The notes below the pieces were generated by a model. The model did not search any database, had not been told where the DNA came from, and worked only from the letters and a program-made list of their open reading frames with translations. The position numbers were made by a program, and so were the translations under genes. Source: Convolutriloba macropyga (taxonomy: Eukaryota). From it: DNA of 64,000 bases. Location of the stretch: assembly GCF_964194025.1 (NCBI RefSeq), contig NC_134479.1:15624001-15688000 (forward strand). The letters run 5' to 3'. The number at the start of each line of letters is the position of its first letter. Position 1 is the first letter of the stretch. This document shows, in pieces, positions 37,270 to 49,981 of this stretch.

Positions 37270-37600
37270 ATAGTCTGGAGCTTGTCTGATCAGAGGATCA
37301 GAGGTCAATTCGGTCTGTGATGATATGATCAAACGAGGATTCAAACGCACACTAGTCTGATTGAGAGTGAATTTTTTGCTCCCGATAGTCTTATCAGTAG
37401 AAGCCTTCGAGCGCACATAAGTGGTTCTGAGCGGACACTAGTCTTACGAAAAGCGGTTTCGAACCCACAATATTCAGTTCAGAGGACATATTGAACGCAG
37501 GATTGTCTGATCAGGAGTGACCTTCAAGCGCATTTTAGACTGATCGGAAGCCGTTTCGAATGAACGATAGTCTGATCAGAAGCGGTTTCGAAGACTAGGA
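37270..37600. repeat. Degenerate ~30-33 bp minisatellite (TAGTCTGATCAGAAGCGGTTTCGAA)
   Basis: Recurring GTCTGATCAG and GGTTTCGAA words at roughly regular spacing. Confidence 0.55.
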
Positions 37601-38056
37601 TATGACTAAATAGAGGTGAAATGCTGTCGGAAAAATCGTAAGGTGAACTAACGAAAAACTTTTTCAGAAATTCGAAAATGGCTTTTAATGGCAATCATCT
37701 CCTGTTCTCTCATACGGAATGGTTAAAATGGCATAGGTGGAGTTATAAACAATTAACATGGGAGAAATAAACTCGAGAATTTTTAACCAATGCTAATTGA
37801 GCCTATGTAAGATGAAGCGAAGAGAGAAAAGGAGTGATTACAAAAACGAAAGGATAATATTCGCCAAAATTGCAAAGAACATTTGAAGTCTTAATCGAAC
37901 AAATAACCATAGAGGATCTATCTAAAGCCCCAGGCAAAAGCAACCTGATTAATCTATCTTGGAGCGCCTTGGCGGGGAATTCTGAGGCCATAGTGCTAGT
38001 ATTTGAGCAGTCGCTAAAGCAGCAAAAAACTGGCACGTTAACTTCAATCATGAAAG

Positions 38057-41000
38057 TCCTTAAAAAATATTCATTGTATAAATTCGAAACAGTTTGACGG
38101 AGTGGAAAAAAGAAATTGATCACATGCCGTTTGGAATAGTCAATAATATGATCCCATACGCCACTTTATGCGCAAAAATTAATAAAGTCTTTTCAAATGG
38201 TTTTTGAAGTATGGTGAATTAATAAGACTGCACTTCCAGCTAAAAAATGAACACTAAAAACAGTGCAAAACTCAGAAAACCAAATTAAAACCCAAAAAAG
38301 TGCAAATTGGGAATTTATAAGTTCTACTTTTCAATGTATAATGTTTTTATCTGGATTTGATTCAGATCTCAGAAATGGTTTTTTTGTGATTTCATAAGTT
38401 ATTTATGAGCTCCTGAGCTTGAGCTCGGGCTTACGCATCCAAATATTTAATAAAAAGTTCTGTCCAGCTAACAGTGGGAGTTTATCTAGAAAACAATACA
38501 TAACTGATCTCTAATCAATTTTCTCATAGGATTTGTTTTTCAATAAGCGAAAAATAAATTTCAATTTTTATTAATTCTGATCTGTAGAAAAAGACCAAAT
38601 CAAATGGGTTAATACTGATCTCAGTTCCTTTTATTTTAAGAAGAAAGCAGAGAATTAAAATAATTTTTCAAAAAATTTTTTTTCTAGTCATTTACTTTTT
38701 TTAAGACTGGCTTAAGTGATTCAGAGTCCAGTTATAGTTGCATTGACCTAGGTAATTGTCATTTTTTTGCGCCAAGTGCACCAAAGAAGTCCCTTTCGAA
38801 TAATAAATTTGACTTTCTGAGACAGAGAAAATTTTATTTAACAAAACACATTAAAAACTCATTGTAATCTTGAATAACCAAGGAAAAGTTTGCCTGAAAC
38901 CACTTGTTTTATGTTTACAGAAAAAAATATTGGTATTCATAAAACAGTTTTCCCAAGCCGACAACAACAACTGTTTTTTAATTTGCTACCGTTCAAGCAA
39001 ATTTTCCTTCTTTATATTCATCCAGCGTGCTAAACCAATTAAAAGCATATTTTAAAAATTTTGAGAAAAAAAACATATTGCTTCCTTTTTTAATAAGGAT
39101 AATGGAATTAGAGCCGACATGCAAATTCCTTAAAAAATATTCATTGTATATATTCGAAACAGTTTGACGGAGTCGAAAGAAGAAATTGATCACATGCCGT
39201 TTGGAGTAGTCAGTAATATGATCCCATACGCCTTTTTATGCGCAAAAATTAATAATGTCCTTTCAAATGGTTTTTGAAGCATGCTGAATTAATAAGACTG
39301 AAATTCCAGTTAAAAAGTGAAAACTAAAAACAGTGCTAAACTCAGAAACCCAAATGAAGACCCAAAAAAGTTCCTGAAAATGTTTGATCTGAAGTTATAT
39401 TGAGACCGAGATTTGAAAAAAAAAATGACAAAACTTCTACTTTTCAATGTATAATGTTTTTATCAAGATTTGTTTTAGAGCTAAGAAATTTTTTTTGTGA
39501 TTTTATAGATTTTTAATGAACTCCTGAGCTTTCGCTCGGGCTTATGCATCCAAATATTTAATAAAAAATTCTGTCCAGCTAACAGCTAGTGGACAAAACA
39601 AGGGAGTTTATCTAGAAAACAATACATAACTGATCTCTAATCAGTTTTCTCATAGGATTTGTTTTTTTATAAGCGAAAAATAAATTTCAAATTTTCAAAC
39701 TCTGATCTGTAAAAAAAGACTAAATCAAATGGTTTAATACTGATCTTAGTTGCTTCTATTTAAGAAGAAAGCAGAGAAATAAAATAATTTTAAATAAAAT
39801 TGTTTTTCTAGACATTTACTCCTTTAAGACTGGCTTAAGTGAATCAGAGTCCAACTATGGTTGCATTGACCTGGGTAATTGTCATTTTTGTTGCGCCAAG
39901 TGCATCGAAGAAGTCCCTTTCGAATCAAAAATTTGACTTTCTGAGACAAAGAAAATTTTATTTAACAAAACACATTAAAAAATTTATTGTAATCTTGAAT
40001 AACCAAAGAAAAGGTTTGCCTGAAACCACTTGTTTATGTTTACAGAAAAAAACATTGGTATTCATAAAACAATTCTCCCAAGCCGGCAACAATTTTTTTT
40101 ATTTGCTACCGTTCAAGCAAATTTTCCTTCTTTATATTCATCCAGCTAAACCAATTAAAAGCATATTTTAAAAATTTTGAGAAAAAAAACACATTGATTT
40201 CTTTTTTTTAATAAAGATAATGGAGTTAGAGCCGACAAGCAAATTCCTTAAAAAATATTCATTGTATATATTCGAAACAGTTTGACGGAGTCGAAAAAAG
40301 AAATTGATCACATACCGTTTGGAATAGTCAATAATATGATCCCATGCGCCTCTTTTTGCGCAAAAAATAATGATGTCCTTTCAAATGGTTTTAGAAGCAT
40401 GCTGAATTAATAAGACTGAAATTCCAGTTAAAAAGTGAAAACTAAAAACAGTGCCAAACTCAGAAACTCAAATGAAAACCCAAAAAAAGTGCCTGAAAAA
40501 GTTTGATCTGAAGTTAAATTGAGATCAAGATTTGAAAAAAAATGACAAAAGTTCTACTTTTCAATGTATAATGTTTTTATCCGGATTTGTTTTAGAGCTA
40601 AGAAACCTTTTTTGTGATTCATAGATTATTAATGAACTCCTGAGCTTTCGATCGGGCTAATGCATCCAAATATTTAATTAAAAGTTCTGTCCAACTAATA
40701 GCTAGTGGACAAAACAAGGGAATTTATCTAGAAAACAATACAAAACTGATCTCTAATCATTTTCCTCATAGGCTTTGTTTTTCAATAAGCAAAAAACAAA
40801 TTTCAAATTTTCAAACTCTGATCTGTAAAAAAAGATTAAATCAAATGGTTTAATACTGATCTCAGTTGCTTTTATTTTAAGAAGAAAGCAGAGAATTAAA
40901 ATAATTCTAAATAAAACTGTTTTTCTAGACATTTACTTCTTTAAGACTGGCTTAAGTGAATCAGAGTCCAACTATAGTTGCATTGACCTGGTCAATTGTC

Positions 41001-41430
41001 ATTTTTGTTGCGCCAAGTGCATCGAAGAAGTCCCTTTCGAATCAAAAACTTGACTTTCTGAGACAGAGAAAATTTTATTTAACAAAACACATTAAAAACT
41101 TATTGTAATCTTGAATAACCAAGGAAAGGGTTGCCTGAAACCACTTGTTACATGTTTATAGAAAAAACATTGATATTCATAAAACAATCTTCCCAAGCGG
41201 GCAACAATTGTCTTTTATTTTGCTACCTTTCAAGCAAATTTTCCTTCTGTATATCCATCCAGCCTGCGAAACCAATTAATAGCATATTTGAAAAATTTTG
41301 AGATGAAAAACATATCGTTTCCTTTTTATAGGGATAATGGAGTTAGAGCCGACAGGCAAATTTGTAAAAAAAATATTCATTGGATACATTCGAAACAGTT
41401 TGGCGGAGTGAAAAAAAAAATTGAACATAT
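38057..41430. repeat. Three diverged tandem copies of a ~1.1-kb unit
   Basis: Anchor AAAAAATATTCATTGTATA.ATTCGAAACAGTTTGACGGAGT recurs near 38060, 39130, 40250 and 41365, with colinear internal sequence. Confidence 0.9.
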
Positions 41431-42513
41431 TTAAAACCAGGAGGATTTGCCCATAGAAATTAATTTGGTCTTGAGTCCCAGATCACATGCATATTACTGT
41501 AAATTGCGATCAGGAATATCATTTTGTCCAAGGTTAATCAAATTCGGTAGGTCATTGGTTAGGTAGGAGCTTCACATTTCTCTCCAAGAACGGATGCCTT
41601 TTTTTGAATATTCATATTTAATGTCAAACTGAGTAAAACCAGCGAAAACCGCATTATCTTGTTTCTACTATGAATTCAATCTCAAGGGGGTGAATACTAT
41701 CATTGAAGTTTAAGATGCTTTATCACAAAACAGCTATCATTTTTTGATGGATTTTTTTTATTAAATCTTAGAAATGGAAATTTTCTAATAGAGTTTTCCT
41801 AATGTCTTTTAAAAATTTTGATTGCTTAGTTTTGAGCATTTTATGACGTTAATATAACTTTACGTTAGTTTTTTTACGTTATTTACTGTGTTTGGTTTAA
41901 AATGGGAACCAAAAAAATTAATATGATTTTGCCTTGCCTGATTAGTCATAGCCAACAACGAATTACCAGACTCTAAGTCAGCTTCGATTGTTTGCTAATT
42001 TTAAGTATGACGAAGTTTTTTTAAAACAATTATGTTTCACTTTCGCACATAATCACCACTAGTCATGTTGTAAGGCAGTTTCATTTAAAAATTATGACCC
42101 AAGACTTGATACCAACATATAAAATAGATGCTCGTTAATTATTCACAGTTAAACAAAGTAATTGTATCTTATGAGTTTTTTGATATGTTGACGAAAAAGT
42201 TGTAAAAACATTATTAATGCCGGTTACAACAGTACACAAAATCACAGCAAAATAGTTATATAACTTTCAAAGTATCTAAATTTGCGCGTGCTTCAAACCT
42301 CTACTATAAGATTACAAAAATCTCAACTAGTTTTTATAAACTCAACCGCGTGATTTTTTAATGCTTGCGAGCAAGTTTTTTAAATGTTGAATTTGATTTT
42401 TGAACAAAGATAGTAAACCACGTTGACTTTTATATCAAAGTTTACATATTACACTTTCGTAGTAGTAAGATGAGTTTATAAAAGCATAATTTATAAACGA
42501 TAAATTGACAAAA

Positions 42514-45500
42514 ATGGCAACTGATGAAGACGTTAGCGCATCGTGGGAGCTTTCAAGTCACGGACCAACCACTGGTAAGTACAAAGGCATTAAAATCGTG
42601 TCAATAGCTTCTTAATTGCACCATAATTGGCAAATTCAAGTGCAATTTACACATAAATGACTACCTCAAGAATAGCTTTTTTTCACTTTCAGAAAATAAT
42701 TTACAAACTGATGAAAGTCATAAAAGAGACGACACAACAATCGCTGAAGATGAAACTCAACATCGAGAGACAAAACCGCAAAGTTTGGCAGCTCAGTTGA
42801 GAAGTCCAGTTTTGACTAACAGCAGAATTCCAGCGACTTCCAAAAGCGCGTTCAAACCGGTTTCTCAAAGACGTCAATCGCTCGATAGCGTTAATTTACC
42901 CCGCCGAGATTCGTTCGGAGTTTCAAATCCGAGAGGTGCAATGACGAAAGAACTTCTAACAGCCCAGTTGAAAAGTTTCCTTGTGAATGACGAACCGCCC
43001 ACTCAGGTCGTACAAGGAAACGATCAGGAATTGGGAAAAACTTTGACAACTGGAACAGGTAGAAAGTTGCCACCTTCACCTGATGTGAACCAAGGAGATA
43101 TTTTACCCAATCAGAGTGGAGCAAAATTGGGCCAAGTTCCAAGACGTCCCAACTCAACGGACAGCAGACGTGAGTTATTTTTATTTTAGAAAAGTCAGCG
43201 GAAAGAATAGATTCCAATAACTTCAGATGCTCTTTGATACACACCTCATGACACGTGATGTATGTGATGTCGCCCTAATTCAAAGCTATCCTTTTTTGCC
43301 CGATGTGCAGTCCTTTCTGATTTTTGATTGTCTTGCATGCAATCACACTTCACAGCTGTTTTTTTCCAATTTTCCAATCTATTTACGGCAATATCCCGAC
43401 TGTTCTTGGCTTTTTATTACCTATTTTGGACGTTTTTTTAGAATTGGCAAGTATTGGTCAACACGTGCACAAGAGTAAGAGGTTTGTAAAGTGACATCAT
43501 GATAGTTCTGAATCAGTAATCAAGTTAGACTTGCCCAGTACTGAAATTGACTTGGCAGCAAGCACGGGAGTGCAATAACTTCAATTTCAATTGAATCCGT
43601 GTGGTATAACTCACCGCTGAATCATGCTTCACTTTTTACTTTTCAAGGAAGCATTTAAAAAATCTTTTATGTTTTGGATCAGTTATAAAGGCCGTTTTTC
43701 AAATTCAGATGAAATCGGAATCACTCTAAGAAAAATTTCAGACGCTGGATATTTTGACGGATCACATTAAATTTAGTTTAGATTAGAGTTAGATGTTATT
43801 TTTTAGGAAAGTGTAAAATTTTCCATAAACCAAAAAAAACTTTTCAGATACGAGGTACGACCGAACTTCGCCTATGCGATCGCACGTTGCCAAACCACCC
43901 CCTGGCACACATAGCAACAATAACAACAACAGCCTTGTGGTAAACAATAACAACATGAGCAACAACAATAACAACAGTGCCAATGAGAACAACATGAGTC
44001 GTACATCGCCAATGCAGACGACGACAAGACGAAGTCGCAGCAACAGTCGGATTCCGACTCCGTCATCGTTGAACACGAGCGCAGTCGTAAACAATAGCGG
44101 GACAACTGCAGCTGGAACTGCAGGAACAGCGAATGTTTCCGGAAACAATTTGAATCAAAATGGAGAGGGCCAAAATATATCTAATGGCCATAATGCTCAA
44201 ACATCTGGAATTCCTGTTCTAGCTCGGAGGTAAGAATTGTCCAGATTGAAGTTCCGGACCGAAACCCTTTCTGAACAGATGCTTTTAGAGGGAACGCGTT
44301 CCTCTTTAGACTCTCGTGCTCTTTAAAGATTTTGCGCACTTTCATTTCGGTCTGAGACCTCAGTACTGTTCCTTGCGTTCTCATAATTTCTCTACCTGTG
44401 CGTAATTTTTTATTAACATAAAAAAACAGAGATTTCGCCTTAGGTTTGGAAAAACATTGGCTTTATGTTGATTTAAGAACAGTACTTCAATCTTATGCTA
44501 CAAATAATGACCGGTTGTTCTTTAGATATTGTTATCCAAAATTGACAAACACTAATTCCGAATTCAGATCAGGTTTAATTTTTTGAAGAGCTAAAATCCA
44601 CCCACATCCTATAACAGCTACATTCTATACCCGACTTAAAAAGAAGTGACAAACTTATCAAGTCAATGGCATACCTAAAAAGAATAAACCTAATAAATTT
44701 GCGTGTTTAGAAACTCGATGGGTTCTTACAATGGAAATGGCAATAATGGTGCAACTGGTGCATTCAGCCGAATTCCCACACTGGCAAAACGGCCGTCGCC
44801 ATCTCTGAGCACTACTCAACCAGACGAAAAAAATAGCCAAATAAAGTCAGTCTCAAACATCTTAAAAACAAATATCTTAAAAAGGCTTTTTATAAAATTT
44901 GTTGAAAATCGAAAAACTTCCTGAAAATTTTCACGAGAAAAAAATGCTAAAAAAGTTGAGGTGTCGTGTATTGAGTTAAAGGGGTTCAAGCAGGCGCAAC
45001 CACTGTGAAAATTAAATAGCGCTGGGCACGAACATGTGTCTCATCGTTGCAAGCTTAGTCTGATAATCATTACAGCAACTGGTCTTAGACTTTCGATCTT
45101 CGGATACTTTAATAACACGTTCTCTGGTTCACACGCCCTCTTCTTGCTCCTCGAAGCTTCGTCTCTCCAGTAAAGTTTTTGAATTAAAAAAGAGTTCCTT
45201 GTTTAGCTTTCTCGAGATTATCTTATGCACAGTTCACCTTTCATGTTTTTCTCAATATTCTAACTGTAATAAAAAATGAATTACGGGTCTCTTTTGTTTT
45301 TGTGTCCGTCCTATAAAAACAGTCTGTTTGCACCCCAAATATGTATCATATTTTGTCCTTGGATATTTTATCCCTGATTTAGTCATAATAAATGGCCGGT
45401 CGAAGACTGGATGGAGTTTTGATTCCCGCTGTCAAAAAAAATTAATGCCATAAAGCCATTCCTATGAATGATTGCAAAATAAGTTGGATCATTACATTGT

Positions 45501-48272
45501 AAATGCCGTTGCGCACAATTGTATAAGTAAGTGCAGTGGAGTCCAAACAATATGCTAAAACATTTGCAGTTGGGAGTGCAAATGGACGTGGGGGCAATAA
45601 CAGAAGAGATCCATTTTGGAATTTACCTCTTTCTGGTCCAGTTGAGCCAGCGAACAGCCATTTCTCGAGCGCTCTTTAACAAAACTGCTCGGGCAATATT
45701 GTGCGCAGCACATAATGTTCTAACATACGCCTTAAGTTTGTAAAAATTTCTCTGTTCTGAGAAGAAAAATTTTTGCGATTGTCAGTTTTTCAGAACTCAT
45801 ACTTAAGCAAGTTTTTGATTAAGCAAAAATGATTACAACTGTATTTAATATGATAATTAAGAAAAACCTTAAACCTGATTTCGGTATGATTTTAACAGAC
45901 GTGAAATGAGATACATTGCCAATTACTCAATTCCTTTGCAACATAAATTAGCTCCTCAGAAAATGAAGTTCAGTAAACCAGTTGCAAAAAAAATTATCGG
46001 AAACAATAACAGCAAAAATTTTGCAAAACAAAAGTGAAGCAACTATTCTACATGCTGGAATTAGGAATTAGCCATTTTCTTCTCGTCTGATTTTTATCTC
46101 ACTGAAAAGGCCCCTCACTGGTTAACAAATCTACCAAATAATTAGACTCAAGATCCCGTTGGCTTTAAAAAAATTTTCATCACCGAACATCAGACAAACA
46201 TCAAAGATTAGAGTTGTTGATCATGTCAAGTTTTGTTTTTTTTTTGGTAAGAATACTGTTTGAAGAAATTTTCAATTTATTTGTACAAAGTTCAGATAAT
46301 GCTTAATTTTGAAAAATTTAAGTTGAACACATCAATTTTACTATTCAATATTTACGTGAGAAATCAATGTGAAAAAAAAATGGAAAAATAAAGCCGACTT
46401 CGCATATGCATTCTCCCATTTTGAATACATGTTGGACCAATTAGACAAAAAACATCAGCAAAAGTGGAATCAGAAGGAGTAAAAACAATAAAAACGAATG
46501 TATCCTTATAAAGGGTCTTAATTGTGCTACCAACTACCTTTAAATCAAAAGTAAAAAGTTGAAAAAAGAACCAAACTTGCAAATTTATACAAATAAAAGC
46601 AGGTAAAATATATATATTAACATCAGATAAACAAAAAAGCTGTTGAATTGAAAATCTGGCACTTAAGAAATGTTGATAAACTATTCGGTCATAGGTTCCC
46701 TCTGGAGACAGTTTTTTCTTGGACTCTACTTAAATTTGGCGGGGCAGCATTATAAAAAAAACTAATAACAAAGCAACAGGATTGGTAATGAGCGGTTGCA
46801 CATTAAGTTTTTAAGATGGCATGACGACTGCTTGAATTGCCATAAATACTATATGATGATGTTGCTACCACGGTCTTGAAATTTCCTAAAATACCATACA
46901 ATCTTTCGAAATCTTTAAATAGAGAAAAACTTTTTAGTTGAACATATATTGCAGGCGGTGATTTGACCGTTAGCACACATAAATTTATTCATGTTTACTT
47001 TCTTATAAAAATCTTATATGAACTAAAGGTATGGTTTAAAAAAGTTCATTAAAGTTGATTAATAAATTATCGATTTAGCGCTTCAATCAAAAATTAAAAT
47101 CAATTTAAATGTTTACTCGATTTATAGCAATCGCACCGTTTACTAGCACAATTTAAAAAATATCTTAAATCTTCTATTTAATTAAAGAACAAGTATCTAC
47201 TAAAATCTGAGGATTAATTATTTTTACGATTAAATACTAGCTCGGTACACTTAATTTTCGTCAAGTCTGTAACTTTTTCAGAATGGAACAAAATCAAAAA
47301 GTATCAAACACGACCAAAGAAGCTGTTAATACCAGTTTTTCTCGACGAACCGACGACAAAGAAAAACCGAAGTCAGCTTTCACAAGTGTCACACCCCAAA
47401 ATACCCCGAGCACCCGACCAAAAAGCTACGAACCCGATGAGGTCACAACAAGCTCTAGCATAAATGACCCAAAGGTAAAGCGCAGCTCAGTTATCTATGT
47501 CGGCGAGTCACGAGAACCGAACACAAGTCGTGATGACGTAATACCCAAGTCGTTTACGTCACGAATACCAATTTTTCAACGGACAGCTTCGGCTCGTTTC
47601 GAGTCGGAGCAATCGACTCATAAATGTGAACGAGCTCCTAGAAGCCGAAACAAATTGATCTCAGAATCGGAAGTTCCGAATGTCAGTTTTTCAAACGAGT
47701 TTACAAGTTCGTTTGCCTCTAAGAAGCAGACGAGCCAGGATTACGTAACGGGCAACGTTCGGCAGGGTGGTTACGCAAAAAAGAAGCCGGCAAATTCCGA
47801 TGAAATTGATTATGATGATTACACGAGCGAGCTGAGAAGTCCGAGAAAGATTCCTAATTTAGTAAATTTTGAAACAAAACATGCTGATGTTTTATCGGAG
47901 GCTTTCAGCATTATTGGCAAATACTTCCCCGAAAAGCAAGCGTACGCCTACAATTTTCAGCGAACTGGGAATTTGGGTCCTAAACTGAGATCTCGATTGC
48001 AGAGATACGAGAATGGGTTTGCAAGTCATAACTATTTTAACCGACCCTTACCGGTACACCACCCCCATTTGATGACTACAGTCAACAATTATCCAACAGG
48101 GCCAAATTATTTGGATCCGAATTTGGTTTATTATAACCCTCGAGTAGCTGTTTCTACAAAACGACCACAAACTGCTTTTCCACAACAAATTTTACAGCCC
48201 ACCTTTGTGCCATTACAGCAATATGGGCGACCACAACTAACATACATTCCATTGAGCCCGTATGGATTTTAG
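42514..48272 (+). CDS. Host 5-exon gene, ~681 aa, intrinsically disordered with multiple SxIP motifs (candidate microtubule plus-end tracking protein)
   Basis: Exons 42514-42574, 42693-43169, 43848-44229, 44711-44845, 47282-48272. All introns are GT-AG with compatible phases (1,1,2,2), total 2046 nt. Four SRIP and one SGIP motif; poly-Asn tract. Confidence 0.85.
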
Positions 48273-48735
48273 TGAACAAACTTAAACTCTAACAAAATTG
48301 TAGTGTTATGCTATTTGATCATACAAAAATCTTTTATACAGAATTCAAACTATTTTTCTAATATCTTTGGATTGTTCCACAAACGCCATTTGAAGAAAAA
48401 AACAAAAGGGGGAGGTAACCTCTTTAATTCACGTAGGGATTAACTTAGATGAGGAAAAAGTTACAAAAAAGATTTCTTACTGGATTTGAAGGGAAATTGC
48501 TACTTGACATTAGCGATTACGAACTGATCGAAACAGCAAAACAGCCCGTAAAAGTCAACACGCATATATTATTTACACAAGCATATCAGACTTGTCAAAA
48601 ATTTCTTTTTTTTCTGAGAGGAAAAAGTTTTTTCACTTGTTAAAGTTACGCGACGATAGGGCACAAGAATCCTATGTGAATGAAGGACTTTTCAACCAAA
48701 GTTATGAGAATTCTATACTATAAGTTCAGAATATA

Positions 48736-49668
48736 CACTATAGTACCAAAAAGCTCCGTACAGCGCAATTTGTACGTTTTAAGCGTTAATTTTGCTCAAA
48801 ACGCTTGATTCTCGCGAAAGCGTGAAGAAAGTCGAGAAATTTTGTAGATAACATTCTCTCCGTTTACACAGAAAAGAGAAAGAAGTTTCAGCTGCTTTGT
48901 TAATTTACCGTTTGCCACGATGTTGCGATTCGAAGTGTCCAATTTTGATAGTGGGAAATTAAGAGTAACTCTGCTTAAAATCAAGATAGCAGTATTAAGA
49001 CAGTACACAGTTTGCGTACAAACTACGGCAAATGTGTAACAGGCTCAGTGCGTCTCTAGCCAAGGAATTGTCCAAGTTGTTCGGAGAAAAAAATCGAGAT
49101 TTCTTGGCAAGATTTTGAGCTTGCACAAGCAATCATTTATCTCGTGGTGTGCAAAACGTCAGATGAGTGGACACTGTTTGTTAGATATCAAACAAGCTAA
49201 CGGGCCTAGTTCGCTGCATCGTTGAAAAATCGAAAATGGAATTGTTGAAAAATTGCAACAAAAAGGCATTTTCAAAAACTTATTTTCGAACAAGATGATG
49301 CTTCTGTGCATAATGCAAAGATTGCCATGAAATTCTTAAAAGAATAGGAGCAGGAGGTACGGGAATGGTGGGCAAATTTTCTCGATATATTTTTTCTAAA
49401 TAAATTTTTAGGCAATTGTGAAACAAAAATTATAAAAACCGAGAGAAATTTGGGAAAAAAGTAAGAAAATTAGTCAAAACCTTGACTCAGATGACCTTAA
49501 AATTTTGTCTGAAAACTTCATGAACTGTCCATCAAATATTAGAAAAATTGAAAGTGTAACTTTCCGTTATTAAAGAACTAATTTGAACCCAAAGTGTTGT
49601 ATTATTTGATGTTTGTGCTGGTTTTTTAAAATCTTTCTGGGTGTAGGTAGCTTTTTGGTACTCTAATG
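48736..49668 (+). mobile_element. Internally deleted Tc1/mariner transposon
   Basis: TA|CACTATAGTACCAAAAAGCT ... AGCTTTTTGGTACTCTAATG|TA give TIRs with a TA TSD. Degenerate LIFEQDDASVH..EWWANFLDI matches Tc1 FQQDNAPxH..WPxQSPDL. Confidence 0.85.
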
Positions 49669-49981
49669 TATGTTGTTGTTAATCAAAAATTTAATAAAAA
49701 ATGCTTTCTGCAAGAGTCATTGCTTTCTTGCTGTAAATTTTGTTTCCTGTAATTTTGCTAATTGAGTGAAAAATTGAGAGAAAAACAAACGGATGTGATT
49801 TGACGTGACCACTGAAAATCTTTACCAAATTCCTATTTGAAAAGTTTTTAGGAGTTAGTTAAGAATGTTTTCCCAACTTTTAGAAGTGAATGCAAAACTT
49901 CGTGTTCTACTTGTTTTTGTCGACATTTAGTATCAGAGCGTTCTCTGAACAGAACAAAAAGAATTAACCCATGTGGCTCAC

